NCBI GenBank assembly: GCA_040902515.1
Contig: JBBDXB010000006.1
Span: 194,219-258,218, forward strand
DNA: 64,000 nucleotides
Source of the DNA: Patescibacteria group bacterium
GTDB taxonomy: Bacteria; Patescibacteriota; SICC01
Direction: 5' to 3'
The position numbers and the translations under genes were made by a program. Positions 54,547 to 64,000 of the stretch are shown here, in pieces (positions within the stretch are counted from its first letter, which is position 1; each line of letters starts with the position of its first letter). The notes under the pieces were generated by a model, which saw nothing but the letters and a program-made list of their open reading frames with translations, was not told the origin of the DNA and did not search any database.

Positions 54547-54941
54547 CTATCCAGGGCTTCCGCGAAAGCTTCCGTCAAATAGTCAGCGTCGTGAGTCTGA
54601 CCGATCAGATCCCGCACTTCTGTGGCGTCAACATGCTCAAGGATCCGATGCATCCCGTCCACCGCCAGACCCTGTTCCCTACCCTGGCCACTTAAAGTAG
54701 GCAGTATTTTGAGTGCCCGAATCCCTTTGCCGTTTTGTGCCCAGGCTTCTGCCATATCAAGCACCAGGGCATCACGACGCGCGACCGATTCAGTGGCCTC
54801 CGGCTTAAAGCCGATATGGGAAAGTCGGTAGTCGGCCCGAGCCATTTTCGTGCGATCGCCGCTTCGGATCTCGGATGCGATCAAGTCGAGAACGGTTACC
54901 GGTCGTTCCGATTCAGGGGTGGAAGATTCTGCTCTGCTCAT
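54543..54941 (-). CDS. hypothetical protein
   Basis: 132-aa acidic protein; TGA/ATG overlap with the upstream gene. Confidence 0.4.
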   Translation of the reverse strand: MSRAESSTPESERPVTVLDLIASEIRSGDRTKMARADYRLSHIGFKPEATESVARRDALVLDMAEAWAQNGKGIRALKILPTLSGQGREQGLAVDGMHRILEHVDATEVRDLIGQTHDADYLTEAFAEALDS

Positions 54942-54968
54942 GCGAGTAGTGTAGGACAGTTAGGCCGA

Positions 54969-56186
54969 TCAAGCCAGTGTACTGAGGGATTTTTTAAGCC
55001 CATCGACCAGCCGGTCGATGTCTTCGGTATCGGTGTAAACACCCCAGCTCGCCCGCGCCGAAGCGGGAATGCCGAGCCGTTCGTGGAGCGGCTGCGCGCA
55101 GTGGTGACCGGAACGAATCGCGATGCCTTCCTGGTCGAGCAATGTGGCGAGGTCGTGCGGGTGGACGTCCTCGACAGTGAACGAGACCAGGCCGACCCGG
55201 GCCGCCGGGTCGGCCGGCCCGAGTACCCGCAGCCCCCAGATGCCGGCTAGCCGCTCCAGCACATAAGTATTGAGCGACCGCTCATGCGCGGCGACCTGCT
55301 CCATCCCGATCTTTTCCATATACCGGACCGCCGCTTCGAACCCCACCGCCTCCACGACCGGCCGCGTGCCGGGCTCGAACCTCCCCGGCGGATCAGCAAG
55401 CGACGCGTCCTCGAACGAGACCTGCTTTACCGCGCCGCCGCCGCCGAGGACAGCGTCCATCTCTTCGTATACCGACCGACGCGTCCAGAGCGCGCCGATG
55501 CCGGTCGGACCGTACAGCTTGTGAGCCGAGCAGACGTACCAGTCGGCACCGAGTGCGTTCACGTTCACCGGTAGCCGGGCCGCGGCCTGTGCGCCGTCCA
55601 CCAGCACTTTCGCACCGGTATCGTGTGCCATGTTCGCCAGATCGGTGACCGGATTGATCGTTCCCAACACGTTCGAGGCATGCGCCAAAGCGACGAGCCG
55701 CGCGCCGTCCAGCTTCCGTTCGAAGTCCCCGCGGTCCAGCATGCCTGCCTCAGTAATTTTCGCGAACCGGAGTTCGAGTTCCCGCTCCTTCGCCAGCATC
55801 TGCCAGGGCACCAGGTTCGCGTGATGTTCCATTTCGGTCAGTAGGACGGCATCACCCTTCCGCAGGTTCCGGCGGCCCCATCCCATCGCCACCAAGTTGA
55901 TGGCCGCCGTAGCGTTTCCCGTGAAAACAATCTCGGAGGGATGGGCCGCGCCAAGGAATGATGCGACCTTCTCCCGCACTCTTTCGTACCGCTGCGCCGC
56001 CTGCTCCGCGAGTGCATAGATACCCCGGCCGACCGATGCGTATTCCTTCCGGTAGAACCGATCCATCGCCTCCAGTACTGGGGCCGGCTTTTGCGCCGTG
56101 GCCGCCGAGTCGAGATACGTCAACGGCTCTTCGCCGGGCGCGCGAACGAGCAAGGGGAAGTCGTCACGCGAAACGAGCGGATCCAT
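54969..56186 (-). CDS. cysteine desulfurase (SufS/NifS-like class V aminotransferase)
   Basis: 405 aa; PLP-lysine region SAHKLYGPTGIGAL; catalytic Cys region RSGHHCAQP. Confidence 0.9.
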   Translation of the reverse strand: MDPLVSRDDFPLLVRAPGEEPLTYLDSAATAQKPAPVLEAMDRFYRKEYASVGRGIYALAEQAAQRYERVREKVASFLGAAHPSEIVFTGNATAAINLVAMGWGRRNLRKGDAVLLTEMEHHANLVPWQMLAKERELELRFAKITEAGMLDRGDFERKLDGARLVALAHASNVLGTINPVTDLANMAHDTGAKVLVDGAQAAARLPVNVNALGADWYVCSAHKLYGPTGIGALWTRRSVYEEMDAVLGGGGAVKQVSFEDASLADPPGRFEPGTRPVVEAVGFEAAVRYMEKIGMEQVAAHERSLNTYVLERLAGIWGLRVLGPADPAARVGLVSFTVEDVHPHDLATLLDQEGIAIRSGHHCAQPLHERLGIPASARASWGVYTDTEDIDRLVDGLKKSLSTLA

Positions 56187-56482
56187 CAGCGGGTCCCGTG
56201 CCTATCGTCGAACGGCTCCTCCGGCACCACCGGCCGCCCCACACCGGGTGCCGGCTCCCTTGCATCGGTCAGGAACGTGAAGTGCATCTCCGGCTCGGAC
56301 CACTCGCCGAGCAGCTCGGACGAGTTCCATCCTTCCACCTTGAGATCCACGGAGCCGTCGTTCCCCCCTTCGTATCCACCCATGAATACCAGAGAGAGCA
56401 GCTCCGCGGTTTCCCGGATGTCTCCCGGTGCGTACTCCGATCCGGGATAGAAGGCGACCGGGACCTCAGCTTGTGATGCCAT
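56186..56482 (-). CDS. hypothetical small acidic protein coupled to the cysteine desulfurase gene
   Basis: Start trimmed to MASQAEVPVAFYPGSEYAPGDIRETAELL...; stop overlaps the desulfurase start. Confidence 0.4.
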   Translation of the reverse strand: MASQAEVPVAFYPGSEYAPGDIRETAELLSLVFMGGYEGGNDGSVDLKVEGWNSSELLGEWSEPEMHFTFLTDAREPAPGVGRPVVPEEPFDDRHGTR

Positions 56483-56590
56483 GTCTCGATGCGGTTGCCA
56501 TGTTCCCATCCTACCAGTGGCGAAATAAAACATGCGCCGCTGTCTCGATGCGGCGCATGTCAGACTGACGATTTCAGGTCAGGCGGGTTG

Positions 56591-57289
56591 TTACTCCTGG
56601 TAGAACTCGGGATACTCGCGCTCGAGCTGCTGCTGGACGTCTTCCAGCTCATTCTCGCTCTGCTGCAAGCCGACCGCGGCCAGGATCGCCGCACCGAGTA
56701 CCAGCACCTGGATGATACCAAGCACGACCCCGGCGACGACCACGCCGGCTTCACCGCCGGTGAACTGGGCGCCCGTCGCCGTCCCACCGGTCTTCTTGTC
56801 CCAGTACTCGTTCAGCTTGTTTACCACGATGCCGTAGATGACGAATCCGGCGAGCGAGGCCAGCAGGCCGAGCGGCGGGACGAACGCCAGCACGATACCA
56901 GCGATGATCGGACCGAGCACGTACCACACGGCGGGGAATCCCGGGAGGCCCGCCTTGGTGCGAACCGTCGAGATGTCCTTGAACAGATAGTAAATGACGA
57001 CGACCCCGAGGACCGCTGCCGCGATCAGGATCGGGATGCCGATCAGGATGATTGAAAGCAACGCACCGACGATGCCGAGACCGATCGGGCCGAACAGCTG
57101 GAGGCCCGGCGTCTGCTTCAGGGACCGTTCAGCACCGAGTTCCTCGTCGACCGCCTTCCGGGTGACGTAGAACCAGTACAGGTTGTAGAGCCCGAAAGTG
57201 ATGACGCTCAGTCCGAGTACCCTGAGTACGCTGCGTTTGACGGCCGGTCCGTTAGTTTGTGACGACGTGTTGGGAGTGGTTTCCGCCAT
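56591..57289 (-). CDS. hypothetical polytopic membrane protein
   Basis: 232 aa; about six TM helices; charged C-terminal tail. Confidence 0.5.
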   Translation of the reverse strand: MAETTPNTSSQTNGPAVKRSVLRVLGLSVITFGLYNLYWFYVTRKAVDEELGAERSLKQTPGLQLFGPIGLGIVGALLSIILIGIPILIAAAVLGVVVIYYLFKDISTVRTKAGLPGFPAVWYVLGPIIAGIVLAFVPPLGLLASLAGFVIYGIVVNKLNEYWDKKTGGTATGAQFTGGEAGVVVAGVVLGIIQVLVLGAAILAAVGLQQSENELEDVQQQLEREYPEFYQE

Positions 57290-57352
57290 GGAACCTCCGA
57301 GTTAGTTATCCTGCGGTCACGATACCGTCCGAAGCAAGCGTGCGCAACCGGG

Positions 57353-57949
57353 TCAGCGGCCGCGGACCGCCGCGAACCGATCCTCGACCGCCTGCCAGTC
57401 CATGTTGGCGAGGAACGCCTCGATGTACTTGGGCCGCGCGGTCGAGAAGTCGGCGACGTACGAGTGTTCGTACACGTCGAGCGCGACCACGGGGAACGCG
57501 TTCCAGACGGGGAACGTGTTCTGGGCATCGCCGATCACGTTCATCAGCGTGCCGAAGTCCGTATCCCAGGCCGTCCACGCCCAGCCGCGTGCCGCCATGC
57601 CGGCAGCCGTGAGGTCGGCGATATAGTCGTCCCAGGAACCGAAGTCCTGCTCGACCTGTTTGCTGAACGCGCCGTCCACCGGCGAACCGTCGCCACCGAG
57701 ATGGCCGAAGTAAATCTCGTGGTTCTTGATGCCGCCGATCGCGAACGTGAGGTCCGCCGCCGCCGCACGATAGTCGGAGAAGATCTGGTTCGCCTTCGAC
57801 TTGTCGGCTTCCGCCAACCGCGCGGAGGCCTCGTTGTACTTGTTGCAGTACGCCTCGTAGAGCTTGTAATGCGCCTGGACGGATTCCTCCGAAAACCCCT
57901 TCAAGTCATCGAGTCGCGGGTCGTACGGCTTAGGCTGATAATCGGCCAT
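57353..57949 (-). CDS. Fe/Mn superoxide dismutase
   Basis: 198 aa; C-terminal DVYEHSY and the NH...FGH region; N-terminal helical domain. Confidence 0.85.
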   Translation of the reverse strand: MADYQPKPYDPRLDDLKGFSEESVQAHYKLYEAYCNKYNEASARLAEADKSKANQIFSDYRAAAADLTFAIGGIKNHEIYFGHLGGDGSPVDGAFSKQVEQDFGSWDDYIADLTAAGMAARGWAWTAWDTDFGTLMNVIGDAQNTFPVWNAFPVVALDVYEHSYVADFSTARPKYIEAFLANMDWQAVEDRFAAVRGR

Positions 57950-58066
57950 GTGGTCTCCTTGGTTACTCTGCTTTCCAGTGTAACCCGTAGCTGCCTGCGT
58001 TCATCGGCGGAATGCCCAAACGAAAGCTCCCGCCGGAGCAGGAGCTTCCATGGCGTGACGAAAGGC

Positions 58067-58492
58067 TTATACCGGCCAGCCGCCGATGATGCCTCCCGCC
58101 ACCAGGAACACCAGGAGGATGTAGCCTGTGTCGATGGCGTAGAACTGCAGGCTCTTCTGCTGATACAGGTAGTTGATGCCGGTCACGGTCGCGACGAAAC
58201 CAAGCCACATCCACAGTCCGGCCAGGATGCCCTCGGTCACGTTGGCCACCTCGGCCAGCGCGGCCACATGGGCTAGCACATAGAAGGCCAGCAGGAACGC
58301 CAGGAACGATACGAAGTACGTCGAGGGGTCGGCCTTTTCGGCGTCTTTCTTGGTCAGGCCCGCGCCTTTCATCCACGGCTTGGCGAAGCTGCCGTACCAC
58401 ACGGCACCGATGACCATCGCCACGATACCGGATACCAGCACGGCCCAGTAGTTCACGTCGAGTTGATCGAGCACGAATTCCATTGCGATCAC
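58067..58492 (-). CDS. DUF1761 family membrane protein
   Basis: 141 aa; four TM helices; DUF1761-like. Confidence 0.6.
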   Translation of the reverse strand: MIAMEFVLDQLDVNYWAVLVSGIVAMVIGAVWYGSFAKPWMKGAGLTKKDAEKADPSTYFVSFLAFLLAFYVLAHVAALAEVANVTEGILAGLWMWLGFVATVTGINYLYQQKSLQFYAIDTGYILLVFLVAGGIIGGWPV

Positions 58493-58542
58493 CCCCTTTC
58501 GGCGAGATTCGCCGTCAGTATGCTCTCTCGCTTCGTTCCCGT

Positions 58543-59097
58543 CTACTTGCGCCAGGTCTGTTCGGGAACGCCGGCCCGATGGTTGACCGCCCGGGCAAGG
58601 ACGAACAGCAGGTCGGACAGGCGGTTGAGGTACATCAGGCTCGCCGGGTTCACGGTCTCTTCCTCACCAAGCGCGGAAAGGCGCCGTTCGGCGCGGCGAC
58701 AGACGGCCCGGGCCAGGTGCAGCTGGGCGCCGGGCCCGGAGCCACCCGGCAAGATGAACGCATTGAGCGGCTCGAGCTCCTGTTCGAACGCGTCGATCCA
58801 GCGTTCCAGCTTGGCGACCTGCATCGGCCCGACGCGGAGCGCATCGTCGATCATCTTCTTCGCCTTCGTGCCCCCTTCGGCCGCTTCGGCGCCGATGTTA
58901 AAGAGCGTGTTCTGGATCTCGAGCAACGTCTTTTGGATGTCTTCGTCGGTGATTCCCGACAGCGCCACGCCGAGACTCGCGTTCAGTTCGTCGAGCGATC
59001 CGAACACCGCCACCCGCGTCTTGAACTTCGGAACACGCTGGCCGCCGTACAGGCTGGTCAGCCCCTTGTCGCCGGTACGGGTATAGATGCGGGTCAT
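58543..59097 (-). CDS. ATP:cob(I)alamin adenosyltransferase (PduO-type / MMAB)
   Basis: 184 aa; MTRIYTRTGDKGLTSLYGG N-terminal signature. Confidence 0.85.
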   Translation of the reverse strand: MTRIYTRTGDKGLTSLYGGQRVPKFKTRVAVFGSLDELNASLGVALSGITDEDIQKTLLEIQNTLFNIGAEAAEGGTKAKKMIDDALRVGPMQVAKLERWIDAFEQELEPLNAFILPGGSGPGAQLHLARAVCRRAERRLSALGEEETVNPASLMYLNRLSDLLFVLARAVNHRAGVPEQTWRK

Positions 59098-59333
59098 GCC
59101 CCCAGTGTAACGCCGGTCATGCTTCGTGAGGAAACGACCGTCACGGCGTCTTGAAGAAGGAACGATGCGGGACTAGGATGGCACCGTGAGAAACGTTTCG
59201 CAGCTCCTGCTCCTCCTTAGCCCGCCCACCCCGGCGGCCGGGATGCGCTAGCGCGAAAACGCTTCGAACCCACCGACCGCCGGGAGGCGGTTTTTTCGTA
59301 TCCATAAGTAACGCAAGGAAGGAGGTGAGAGAA

Positions 59334-59624
59334 ATGGCACGACCACACCCGGAATTATTCGGTCCGTCGTCGGTCGAGCGGAACGTCGATCAGACGAAGG
59401 CCGCTGCCGAGGCATGCATGACCGGACAGGCCGGAACAATGAGTCCTGGCACCATCCGGGCGCTGGACCGATACGCGGTTGACAACCTGGGACACGGCAT
59501 CCCGCGGGAAGTCCTGACCGTCTTGGAACAGCACGCCGCACACCAGCATGGCCACGCGGACACCGGCGAGCCGGAGGACGTCCCGGACACGGCCGATCCC
59601 GAGCCCGAAGCCGCGGTATACTAG
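59334..59624 (+). CDS. hypothetical protein
   Basis: AAGGAGGTGA SD 6 nt upstream of the ATG at 59334; acidic C-terminus. Confidence 0.45.
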   Translation: MARPHPELFGPSSVERNVDQTKAAAEACMTGQAGTMSPGTIRALDRYAVDNLGHGIPREVLTVLEQHAAHQHGHADTGEPEDVPDTADPEPEAAVY

Positions 59625-59630
59625 TCCGGT

Positions 59631-60428
59631 ATGGACGCGCTCGCGATCAGCGGACTGGTGAAGCAGTATCGTAAGGGACCCGAGGCTCTCAAGGGCGTCG
59701 ACCTGACGGTCGGCAAGGGCGAATTCTTCGGGTTGCTCGGACCGAACGGTGCCGGCAAGTCGACGATGATCCATTGCATCACCGGACTGGCCGTACCGAC
59801 CGCCGGCGAGATCAAGGTCTTCGGCAAGGATGCGGTGAAGCAATACCAGCAAGCGCGGCAAGCCGTGGGACTCAGTCCGCAGGAAGTGATGAGCCTCGAC
59901 TGGTTCCTTACGGTCGAAGAAACGCTTGATTACCATGGCGGCTACTATGGCATGCCACGACAGCGGAGAGAGCGACGAATCAAGGAACTGCTCAAGGCGT
60001 TCTCGTTGGAGGATAAGCGGAAAGCCAGCGTGCGGGCGCTGTCCGGCGGCATGCGCCGCCGGCTGGTGATCGCGCGGGCGCTGATGCACAAGCCGAAGCT
60101 CCTGATCCTGGACGAACCGACCGCTGGCGTGGACGTGGAACTCCGGCTCGAGCTCTGGCACTACATGAAGCGGGTCAATCGCGCCGGCACGACGATCCTG
60201 CTCACCACCCACTACATCGAGGAGGCGGAACAGCTGGCCAGCCGGATCGCCCTGATCAACCAGGGGCAGATCGTCGAGCAAGGCACTGTCCGGGAACTCA
60301 AACGGAAGTTCAAGAAGAAGACCCTGGAAGATGTGTACCTTTCGGTGGTCGGACGGGAAGAGCTCGGACGGAACGGTGCCAAGGCCGGGGTCGCCAGTAA
60401 GCCAGGCACCGCGGGGGCTTTCAAATGA
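59631..60428 (+). CDS. ABC transporter ATP-binding protein (ABC-2 exporter type)
   Basis: Walker A GPNGAGKST, signature LSGGMRRR, Walker B LLILDEP. Confidence 0.9.
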   Translation: MDALAISGLVKQYRKGPEALKGVDLTVGKGEFFGLLGPNGAGKSTMIHCITGLAVPTAGEIKVFGKDAVKQYQQARQAVGLSPQEVMSLDWFLTVEETLDYHGGYYGMPRQRRERRIKELLKAFSLEDKRKASVRALSGGMRRRLVIARALMHKPKLLILDEPTAGVDVELRLELWHYMKRVNRAGTTILLTTHYIEEAEQLASRIALINQGQIVEQGTVRELKRKFKKKTLEDVYLSVVGREELGRNGAKAGVASKPGTAGAFK

Positions 60429-61192
60429 GCGCCTGGCAGACCCGGTTCGGACTCGGTTTCCGCCGTGAGTTCACGCGGTACTGGAGCATCAAGCGGCAGA
60501 CGATCCTCACGCCGCTCCTTGAGACATACCTCTACATCTCCGTGTTCGGTGCGGCGCTCGGCAGCCGGGTCGGTGAACTCGAGGGTGTGCCGTACATCAC
60601 GTTCATCCTGCCGGGCCTGGTGATGATGGCCTTCGCCCTGAACGCGTTCGAGAACAACGCGAGCTCGCTGTTCCAGCAACGGTTCATGCGGGCGATCGAG
60701 GACCAGCTGGCCTCGCCGCTCCACAACCTGGAACTGCTCGGGGCGTACACGCTCGGCGGATTCGTGCGCGGCGCGATCATCGCCGGCGTCACGCTATTCA
60801 CCGCGGGATTCCTCGTCGGTTTGCCGGTGGCCGATCCGCTGCTTCTCCTCTGGAGCTTCGCATCGATCGGCCTGTTCTTCGCGCTGTTCGGCGTGCTGGT
60901 CGGGGTGTTCGCCGAGGCGTTCGATAACATCAGTCTCTACCGCAGCTTCGTGCTCCAGCCGCTAATCTTCATCGGTGGCGTGTTCTATTCCGCGGAGCTA
61001 CTGCCCGAACCCTGGCAGACGGTCGCCCACTTCAATCCGGTCTTCTACATGATCAACAGCGTACGGCACGGGTTCCTCGGGTACTCGGACGTGAACCCGT
61101 ACCTGTCGCTGGGAGTCGTCACCGGTGGCGTGCTGGTGTTGTTCGCCGTCGTCTACTGGATCTTCCGCAAGGGCTATAAGCTGCGGTTCTGA
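60425..61192 (+). CDS. ABC-2 type transporter permease
   Basis: 255 aa; six TM helices; ATGA overlap with the ATPase gene. Confidence 0.85.
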   Translation: MSAWQTRFGLGFRREFTRYWSIKRQTILTPLLETYLYISVFGAALGSRVGELEGVPYITFILPGLVMMAFALNAFENNASSLFQQRFMRAIEDQLASPLHNLELLGAYTLGGFVRGAIIAGVTLFTAGFLVGLPVADPLLLLWSFASIGLFFALFGVLVGVFAEAFDNISLYRSFVLQPLIFIGGVFYSAELLPEPWQTVAHFNPVFYMINSVRHGFLGYSDVNPYLSLGVVTGGVLVLFAVVYWIFRKGYKLRF

Positions 61193-61199
61193 TCGCCCG

Positions 61200-61601
61200 C
61201 TACGCTTTCACCGGAAGTGTCGTCACCACCACCGTCCGTTCCCGCGGGCCGTCGAACTCGTAGAGCACCACGCGTTGCCAGGTGCCGAGCACGAGCTTGC
61301 CGCTGCGGACGGGCACGCTTTCACTGGTCCCGATCAGCGAGCTCAGGATGTGGTCCCCGACGTGCGACGGATCGTGGGGATGCCGGTAATCGAGCTCCGG
61401 AACCAGTGCACGGTACGCCTCAAGCAGATCCTGATCGGTGCCGGGATCAAGGTCGGCGGTAGAAAGCGCCGCGGTGGTATGCGCGACCGACAGATGTACC
61501 ACGCCGTCCTCCAGGCCGGCGGATTCCGCGACCTGCTGTACTCGATCGGTGATGTCGATGACTTCGCTCTTGGCCGTGGTCGATATGGTCAAGTCGGGCA
61601 T
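61200..61601 (-). CDS. yjbQ: YjbQ/UPF0047 family protein (secondary thiamine-phosphate synthase-like)
   Basis: 133 aa; characteristic VVHLSVAHTTAAL...GDHILSSLIGTSESVPV. Confidence 0.8.
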   Translation of the reverse strand: MPDLTISTTAKSEVIDITDRVQQVAESAGLEDGVVHLSVAHTTAALSTADLDPGTDQDLLEAYRALVPELDYRHPHDPSHVGDHILSSLIGTSESVPVRSGKLVLGTWQRVVLYEFDGPRERTVVVTTLPVKA

Positions 61602-61629
61602 GCCCTGATTCTACAAGAGAAACGCGCCG

Positions 61630-63078
61630 CTACCGCGCCGGGTTCGTGGCCGGTTTACGGGAAGCTGAGGTGCGTTCCGGCGCCATCTTGTCCTCGATCC
61701 GGAGGCGGCCGAAGTACCGGATGCCGAGCACGAGCCAGGTCGTGAAAATGACCCCGCACACCGCCGTAAACACGGGCAGTCCCCAGGCGACGATCAACGG
61801 CATCGAGAGCGCCGTCACGAATCCGCCGCCCACGAACGGCTCGAACAGGAGCTGCTTGTAACCGTATCCTTCGACCGCGTTGGTCTTGTCCTCGGGATCG
61901 ACCTGGTACAGGAACAGGAGTCCGGTGGCCGTCGTACCCATGGATTGGCTGGAGTCCACCAGGCCGCGCTGGAACCAATGCTCATGGAACATACGCGGGG
62001 CCAGGAAGAAGAAGGCGAAGAGGATCCAAACGATACCGGAGACGGCCAGGAGCGTGAACGTCGTCATGTGATTGGCGATGTACCCGAGCGACATCGTGCC
62101 GACCGCCGTGGCGATCAGCACACTGAGCGACACGGCGCTGATGATGTCGACGAGCGGTCGCGAGACGGTCAGCCCGCTCCACTTCCAGAGCGTATGCGCG
62201 ATCATGCCGCCGAACATACAGAGCGGGAAGAGCGGGACGTAGCGGAAGACGCTCAGACCGACTTCCCGGGCCAAGGGCGTTTCCTCGACCGCGATCAGTC
62301 CCTGGTGCAGGATCCAGCCGATGCCCACCGCCATCGCCACGAGCAGCAGGTGACTGAGCAGCCGTCGCGGCGTCACCTGGTCACGGACCCGGACGCCTTC
62401 CTTGCGCAGATCCGTGAGGATCCGCCGATGGTAGGCGAGATTACGCGCCGTCCGGCGGGGCGCCTGGACGTGATGCTTCCGCCTTCCCCAGTTGACCACC
62501 AGGATCCCGCTGACCAGCGCGACGACCATGCTGGTCGTCGCCAGGCCGACCGCCAGGTCGCGGCCTTCGGAAAATCCCAGCTGGTCGAATACCGGCGCCA
62601 GGCCGGCCGCGGTGCCGTGACCGCCTTCGAAGCTGATTTCGATCAGGGCGGCGGTAAGCGGCGACATTCCCAGCAGCGGGACCAGCACGAAGAGTGCCAG
62701 CAGACCACCGATGACGTACTGACCCCAGGCGATCGTCTGCCCGAAGGCGACCTGTGGCCCGGCCAACGACCACATCCGCTTGAGGGGCAGGATCGGGCGG
62801 GCCAGGAACAGGCAGGCGAACACGATGTTAATCAACAGTCCGGGAAGCACCCGCCAGTCGTCGTAGTAGAGGCCCGGCAACTGCACGTCGGGGAAATGGA
62901 TGCCCGCCACCTGCGGACTGAAGGCCAGCAGGAGCGCGCCGGCCGCCAAGGAGCCCGGCAGGAACAGCGAACGGACCAGCGGAATTCGGACCGCCGCGAA
63001 CCCGGCGACGAGGAAAGCCCCGAGAAGCAGGAGCGAGTATCCGTAGTAACCGGCCGTCTGTACAAGACTTTCCAACAT
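61630..63078 (-). CDS. gltS: sodium/glutamate symporter GltS
   Basis: 482 aa; GltS family polytopic transporter. Confidence 0.8.
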   Translation of the reverse strand: MLESLVQTAGYYGYSLLLLGAFLVAGFAAVRIPLVRSLFLPGSLAAGALLLAFSPQVAGIHFPDVQLPGLYYDDWRVLPGLLINIVFACLFLARPILPLKRMWSLAGPQVAFGQTIAWGQYVIGGLLALFVLVPLLGMSPLTAALIEISFEGGHGTAAGLAPVFDQLGFSEGRDLAVGLATTSMVVALVSGILVVNWGRRKHHVQAPRRTARNLAYHRRILTDLRKEGVRVRDQVTPRRLLSHLLLVAMAVGIGWILHQGLIAVEETPLAREVGLSVFRYVPLFPLCMFGGMIAHTLWKWSGLTVSRPLVDIISAVSLSVLIATAVGTMSLGYIANHMTTFTLLAVSGIVWILFAFFFLAPRMFHEHWFQRGLVDSSQSMGTTATGLLFLYQVDPEDKTNAVEGYGYKQLLFEPFVGGGFVTALSMPLIVAWGLPVFTAVCGVIFTTWLVLGIRYFGRLRIEDKMAPERTSASRKPATNPAR

Positions 63079-63237
63079 GTGGGTGTTCGGTTTCCGTTAA
63101 ATTAAGAAAAAGTACCACATTTAAGGTACTTTTTCAAGGGTTACGGCAAAGTAAAAACTGCACACGTGTCCGGGTCTCTTGCGAGTCGGGCTTGGCGGAC
63201 CAATCCAAGCGTGTGCAGTTTCAAAAGTCCGGTGCGT

Positions 63238-63672
63238 TCAGTAGTGCGCCACGAGGGCTTTCCGGATGGCGGCAAGGACGATATCGGGAGCGGCGTCCGC
63301 CGAAACCACGATGCCTCCGAGGAGCTTGCGCGAATCCACCAACTCGCCGTCCAGGGCGAACGCGTTGCAAGTGATGACCTCGAACGCGTAGGTGCCCCCG
63401 CTGATGTGAAGCCGGTCGACCGAGACCCCCGGCGGCATGCGCGGCCGGTCGAACTCGCCGAGCCGGGTGCCGTCGGTGATCCACTCGTTCGAGTCGTCCG
63501 GCTGGTGTCGCCGGGAGCCGGATACCTTGCCGTGGGCAAACCACCGGACCTCGGTCACCGGCAGCTCCAGCTGGTCCTGCAGGACAACGCCTTGGCGCGC
63601 GTTGACCTGGATACCAGCCTCCTCGAGCTGGTTCCAGAGATGCTCGTCTACCGAAATTGTCGTCGGGGTCAT
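63238..63672 (-). CDS. hypothetical protein
   Basis: Start trimmed to MTPTTISVDEHLWNQLEEAGIQ...; about 144 aa. Confidence 0.4.
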   Translation of the reverse strand: MTPTTISVDEHLWNQLEEAGIQVNARQGVVLQDQLELPVTEVRWFAHGKVSGSRRHQPDDSNEWITDGTRLGEFDRPRMPPGVSVDRLHISGGTYAFEVITCNAFALDGELVDSRKLLGGIVVSADAAPDIVLAAIRKALVAHY

Positions 63673-63776
63673 CGACCCTCCTCGGTACGCGGTGCGGATG
63701 CTGCCGACCCAGGTCACCGTCTGGAACGGGACACCTCTTTATAGCACTAGCAACGGCTTTTTTGAACCGCCTACTC

Positions 63777-64000
63777 GCGATTCAGACGAGTCCCGTGGAA
63801 CAGCGCGCTCTCGTAGCGGCCGATTTCCGTCACCGCATCCCAGTAGGGGTGCGCCGTCCGCCGGTAATACACGGAGCGCGGGTCGGAAGTGCCGGGTTCG
63901 TCCTCGGCACGAACGACCAGGCCTGCTTCCTCAAGACGAAGCAGGATGCCCCTGGCCTGCGGCCGGGCTGTCGAACGCTCCTGGCGGCCGGGCTGATCGA
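63777..64000 (-). CDS. PadR-like winged-helix transcriptional regulator (C-terminal part; the N-terminus runs off the window end)
   Basis: ...GILLRLEEAGLVVRAEDEPGTSDPRSVYYRRT... recognition helix and wing. Confidence 0.5.

Noticed and set aside
1-64000. CRISPR arrays, rRNA genes, transposases or phage structural genes
   Set aside because: No regularly spaced short direct repeats, no rRNA-like conserved stretches, and no transposase or capsid/terminase-like ORFs were seen anywhere in the window

Overview
This 64 kb window is a high-GC (by eye roughly 60-65%), gene-dense bacterial chromosomal segment. Shine-Dalgarno sites are strong, ATGA/TGATG start-stop overlaps are frequent, and many minus-strand genes have spurious long antisense ORFs typical of GC-rich DNA. 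I could not assign a lineage confidently; it is consistent with a small-genome bacterium, possibly Patescibacteria/CPR-like or another high-GC lineage. Most of the content is housekeeping: ndk (partial), an M16 peptidase, GGT, UppP plus a PAP2 phosphatase, XerC/D recombinase, YchF, the rpsF-ssb-rpsR-efp cluster, TlyA, recX-recA-rodZ, FtsK, MurJ, FtsH, TilS, a large amidase, FtsB, a ROK kinase, LAP, SufS-like, SOD, a PduO-type adenosyltransferase, an ABC-2 exporter and GltS. There are five tRNAs: Val-CAC, Pro-CGG and three with CAT anticodons (putative initiator, elongator Met, and a tRNA-Ile2 candidate next to tilS). The most notable finding is two copies of a 51-nt element on the minus strand (about 10830-10880 and 12608-12658) that fold as complete type III hammerhead ribozymes. 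Both have all 11 invariant core nucleotides, and the two copies differ by compensatory base-pair changes in stems I, II and III. They sit in the 5' leaders of a secreted metzincin-like protease gene and a small membrane-protein gene. Other accessory-looking features are a three-gene tandem array of paralogous small membrane proteins with duplicated leader and terminator cassettes, one copy frameshifted; a low-GC P-loop NTPase coupled to xerD; a regulator with four LuxR-type HTH domains; an apparently circularly permuted M23 peptidase; a palindromic operator over the recA promoter; and a consensus promoter driving a roughly 50-nt terminator-ended transcript. No CRISPR arrays, rRNA genes or clear transposases were seen. 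Coordinates of RNA and motif features were derived by hand and may be off by 1-2 nt.
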